In this document: one piece after another, positions 21,491 through 24,000 of the stretch | How the letters are laid out: the number at the start of each line of letters is the position of its first letter | Position numbering within the stretch: the first letter of the stretch is position 1 | Source: Rhizobium dioscoreae | GTDB taxonomy: Bacteria > Pseudomonadota > Alphaproteobacteria > Rhizobiales > Rhizobiaceae | Length of the DNA: 24,000 bases | Direction of reading: 5' to 3' | NCBI RefSeq assembly: GCF_009176305.1 | Contig: NZ_BLAJ01000014.1 | Location: 8,564-32,563, forward strand | Translations under genes and position numbers: made by a program | Notes under the pieces: generated by a model | Told to the model about the DNA's origin: nothing | Database searches by the model: none | Seen by the model: the letters and a program-made list of their open reading frames with translations, nothing else

Positions 21491-21985
21491 TCATAGCAGA
21501 TTGTTATAGTCATAATTGTATTCCAAAACCTCCTGATAGCTCCAAATTCTGCCATCAATTCTATCAATATAGATATGCTTCGATCCGACTCGTTCCTCGA
21601 CATCTGGATCAACAGCTCTCTTGCTGATCCGAAATGCCCAGAAAACAGGAGGACACAACTCCGTGGCCGCACTATGAGTGAGCTGTTCATCGCTATCCTT
21701 CAAGAAGTCAGCAGCAATCGCTCTTGCCTTCTCCTGTGGAATGTTCTCGCTATCTCGGTACTCAATAGGAACGCTGAAGGAAACGATATTACTTTGACGT
21801 AAACACGTGACGGTCGAAACAGCGTGCAATCGTTGCAGATCTACCCGCAGATATTCACGATAAACCTTCTGCCGGTCGATAAACCCAGCAATCGTAAACA
21901 AATTCAATCCTTGAAGACAGCCATGATCTCCGCCGACGGAAGACGCGAGATATATATCACATATTTGTTTCAATTTCAGCATCAT
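21491..21985 (-). CDS. Candidate immunity protein for the upstream toxin tip (CdiI-like by position), no recognised family
   Basis: A 164-aa ORF starting 34 nt after the cdiA stop, on the same strand, with an AAGG RBS about 8 nt upstream. It is markedly AT-rich, like the toxin tip. No signal peptide or TM segment is evident, consistent with a cytoplasmic protein. Confidence 0.6.
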   Translation of the reverse strand: MMLKLKQICDIYLASSVGGDHGCLQGLNLFTIAGFIDRQKVYREYLRVDLQRLHAVSTVTCLRQSNIVSFSVPIEYRDSENIPQEKARAIAADFLKDSDEQLTHSAATELCPPVFWAFRISKRAVDPDVEERVGSKHIYIDRIDGRIWSYQEVLEYNYDYNNLL

Positions 21986-22019
21986 GACTACGCCTTTGTT
22001 AGATTTTGCTTAATCCAAG

Positions 22020-24000
22020 TTAGTCGGCCGATTGTATAAAAACTGCTCTACCGGTCATTTCTTTCTCCAGCGCGCTTTTGGGTACAGAGTAACTAGAACC
22101 TGCGCCGAGAGGCCAAGGATCACGTATATAGGCGGTATTGTTCGAAATGGAATCAACAATTATTGCGTGTGGTTGAACGCTTCCAGGCACCTTTACGGTA
22201 ACTATTACTCCATTACCTTTGGCCAAGGCATCTGAGATAGCGTTGGCCGTCGTCTCGCTGGCAAAAGTCGCATTTCCTCGGAACCCAAGCTGTTCGAGCG
22301 CTTGAGGTACACTAGATAGGAAGGCACCGTCGCCAGAATCCCCAAGAGCTTGTCGAATGTATGCTTCCGGCAATTCGATGTTACTACCCATTCTAACGCA
22401 GGCAGAAACGCACGAAGACAACTGATTTTGGCCAACGGCAGGATTTTCGGGCACATACTCTCCACGTGCAATTCCGGGGAAAATTCCCTCACCAGATCCT
22501 GTTCGTTCCTCGTTACCTAGGTTTTTGAGCACATTGTTCGTCTTAAACTTTGACAAAAACGTCAACACTTGAACAAGTGCAAGCGGATCGCCGTTGCTGG
22601 CCTTTGCAATAAGCGATGGGATGGCGGTCACGCCAAATGGATCCCCGGTAAGCACCGTAATAAGCTTGACGGCGTCGCTCCTTTCTTGTGGGGAGAGTTT
22701 ATCAAATCCTTCTGGAGCCATGATCTTCAATATTTGCTCGAACCCGCCGCTCCTGTTGAGCTCATCGAGTTCTGAGCGGTATTCATCTGCGGATATAAAC
22801 CAAGATGATGCCGTACCACTGTAACTCGACAACGCAGCTACCACGCTAGCGAAAACTGCACCGCATCCTTCAGCCTGATAACCACTTGGTTTGCACGCAA
22901 TCATCGCGTCCTGCTGCTGCTTATCCTTGGCCTCCAGCCGTGCCTTCTCCTTGCAGGCTTCATCATCCCCGCCTTTGCACGCTGCCTTTGCCGCATTCAA
23001 CGCATCGTTGTCGGCATGGTCGAGATAATTATACTGATACTGCGCGACGCCATACGAGGCACCTTCACCACCACCGATTGCTCCCGCGAGACCACTAAGG
23101 CTAGAACCGATAGCTGCTGCAAGCGCCTGCTTGTCCTGATCGGACAAGGTGCTGTCCTTCAGCATGCCCTTGACCAGATCGGCAATGGCTGGTGTCAGCA
23201 GCGCTGAAGTTGCAGCACCGGCAGCCCCCTTGAGCGCACCCTCCCAGCCATTGACGCCGCCGAGAATGCCGGCGCCGATCGTGTGCAGCAGCACGCGGCC
23301 GGCTCCACCCTCCTTCCAATAGTCCATTCCAGCCTGGTCGCGGCCTTCCGCGGCCTGCCGGTAGAACTCACTGGCGATATCGCCCACCAGCCCCGCCATT
23401 GTCGCTTGCGCCGCCTGCAGATCGGCCTGCGTCTTATACTGCTGGCGCAGGATGTTCTGCAGGTCCGGCAGACCGGGCAGCGAGCTATTGGTGTTCTCGG
23501 TATCGCGGCGGATCGTGGAGATGTCCTGCACCTGATGCGCCGGATCGGTGATCGCGATGCCGATATTGCCGCCGATGGCCGAATAGGCCTTGCCGGTCTC
23601 CTTCTCGCCGGCCTTGACGGGCGGAGCGATGGTGAGCCCGCTGGTGCCGATCCCGCCGCCATAGGTTTCGGCCTTCCAGGTCGAATGCGTGTCGATATCG
23701 GCAACCGTCAGCGTGCCGGTGGAGAAGGAGTTCTTGTCCGCCGTCGCCTGGCTGGTAATCAGCCCGCCAACAAGCGACGTCTGGCCGCTGACATCGATGT
23801 TGAGACCGCCGGTGCCTGCATGAATGCCCGATTGTTCGGAGACGAGCACCGCATCGCCCTTGGCCTTCTGCACCGTGCCGGAGACGCCGGTGTTGCCAAA
23901 GCCGATCTGGCCGGAGACATTGAACTGATCGGCCTTGGCCTTCTGCGTATCAAGCTGGCTTTCGATCGTCAGCGAGCGGGCATCGATGCCGACCGAATTG
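22020..24000 (-). CDS. cdiA: 3' portion of a CdiA/filamentous-haemagglutinin-type two-partner-secretion exoprotein with a variable C-terminal toxin domain (5' end outside the window)
   Basis: The frame stays open from 23873 to the window edge. I translated 23999..23874 as NSVGIDARSLTIESQLDTQKAKADQFNVSGQIGFGNTGVSGT with no stop. FHA-type beta-helix repeat text is present (GLNIDVSGQTSLVGGLITS...). A Gly/Ala-rich pretoxin region leads to AQYQYN|YL (N codon at 23028..23030). A divergent tail of ~335 aa with lower GC follows. Confidence 0.88.
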   Translation of the reverse strand, partial: NSVGIDARSLTIESQLDTQKAKADQFNVSGQIGFGNTGVSGTVQKAKGDAVLVSEQSGIHAGTGGLNIDVSGQTSLVGGLITSQATADKNSFSTGTLTVADIDTHSTWKAETYGGGIGTSGLTIAPPVKAGEKETGKAYSAIGGNIGIAITDPAHQVQDISTIRRDTENTNSSLPGLPDLQNILRQQYKTQADLQAAQATMAGLVGDIASEFYRQAAEGRDQAGMDYWKEGGAGRVLLHTIGAGILGGVNGWEGALKGAAGAATSALLTPAIADLVKGMLKDSTLSDQDKQALAAAIGSSLSGLAGAIGGGEGASYGVAQYQYNYLDHADNDALNAAKAACKGGDDEACKEKARLEAKDKQQQDAMIACKPSGYQAEGCGAVFASVVAALSSYSGTASSWFISADEYRSELDELNRSGGFEQILKIMAPEGFDKLSPQERSDAVKLITVLTGDPFGVTAIPSLIAKASNGDPLALVQVLTFLSKFKTNNVLKNLGNEERTGSGEGIFPGIARGEYVPENPAVGQNQLSSCVSACVRMGSNIELPEAYIRQALGDSGDGAFLSSVPQALEQLGFRGNATFASETTANAISDALAKGNGVIVTVKVPGSVQPHAIIVDSISNNTAYIRDPWPLGAGSSYSVPKSALEKEMTGRAVFIQSAD

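Noticed and set aside
21424-21802. ORFs 21424..21690 (-) and 21575..21802 (+) overlapping the candidate immunity gene.
   Set aside because: They are shorter ORFs in AT-rich DNA, where stop-free runs in other frames are less meaningful. The 164-aa frame has the RBS and the correct position relative to cdiA.
22205-23953. Alternative-frame ORFs within cdiA (23195..23704, 23759..23953, 22205..22492) and plus-strand ORFs 22032..23207.
   Set aside because: They overlap the single long cdiA frame, which remains open to the window edge. They have no RBS or family features.
1-24000. A scan for CRISPR arrays, rRNA genes and long perfect direct or inverted repeats flanking the accessory modules.
   Set aside because: I saw no regularly spaced repeat-spacer structure, no rRNA-like sequence, and no second copy of the IS66 terminus or of the tRNA-Gln 3' end. 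A by-eye scan cannot exclude short att-type repeats.

Overview
This is a high-GC mosaic window whose gene content looks alphaproteobacterial, probably Rhizobiaceae (Agrobacterium/Rhizobium type). All family assignments come from reading the translations and recalling motifs; no searches were run.

Left to right:
- Degenerate DNA followed by tRNA-Gln(CUG).
- An ECF sigma/anti-sigma pair (SigF/NrsF type) placed divergently to a bufferin-type RiPP operon. The operon has two tandem Sec-signal DUF2282 cysteine-rich precursors, a DUF692/MNIO oxidase, a DUF2063 partner and a DoxX membrane protein.
- A convergent PhyH-like Fe(II)/2OG dioxygenase.
- A DUF1003 membrane protein.
- A divergent tetA-tetR pair with two perfect palindromic operators.
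- An AT-richer unassigned spacer with small ORFs.
- A RelE/HigB-type toxin-antitoxin pair with palindromic operators.
- An IS66-family remnant (tnpA and tnpB, no tnpC).
- An autotransporter of about 1,585-1,602 aa.
- The BigR/Blh sulfide-detoxification operon, whose last gene (TauE-like) is truncated.
- A Fic-gene remnant.
- The 3' end of a cdiA/TpsA-type exoprotein gene, which runs off the right edge. It carries a low-GC C-terminal toxin tip (predicted papain-fold Cys-His-Asp domain) followed by a low-GC candidate immunity gene.

No rRNA genes or CRISPR arrays were seen. The two most interesting loci are the sigma-linked twin-precursor RiPP (bufferin-like) operon at 1.5-5.8 kb and the CDI toxin/immunity module at 21.5-23.0 kb.
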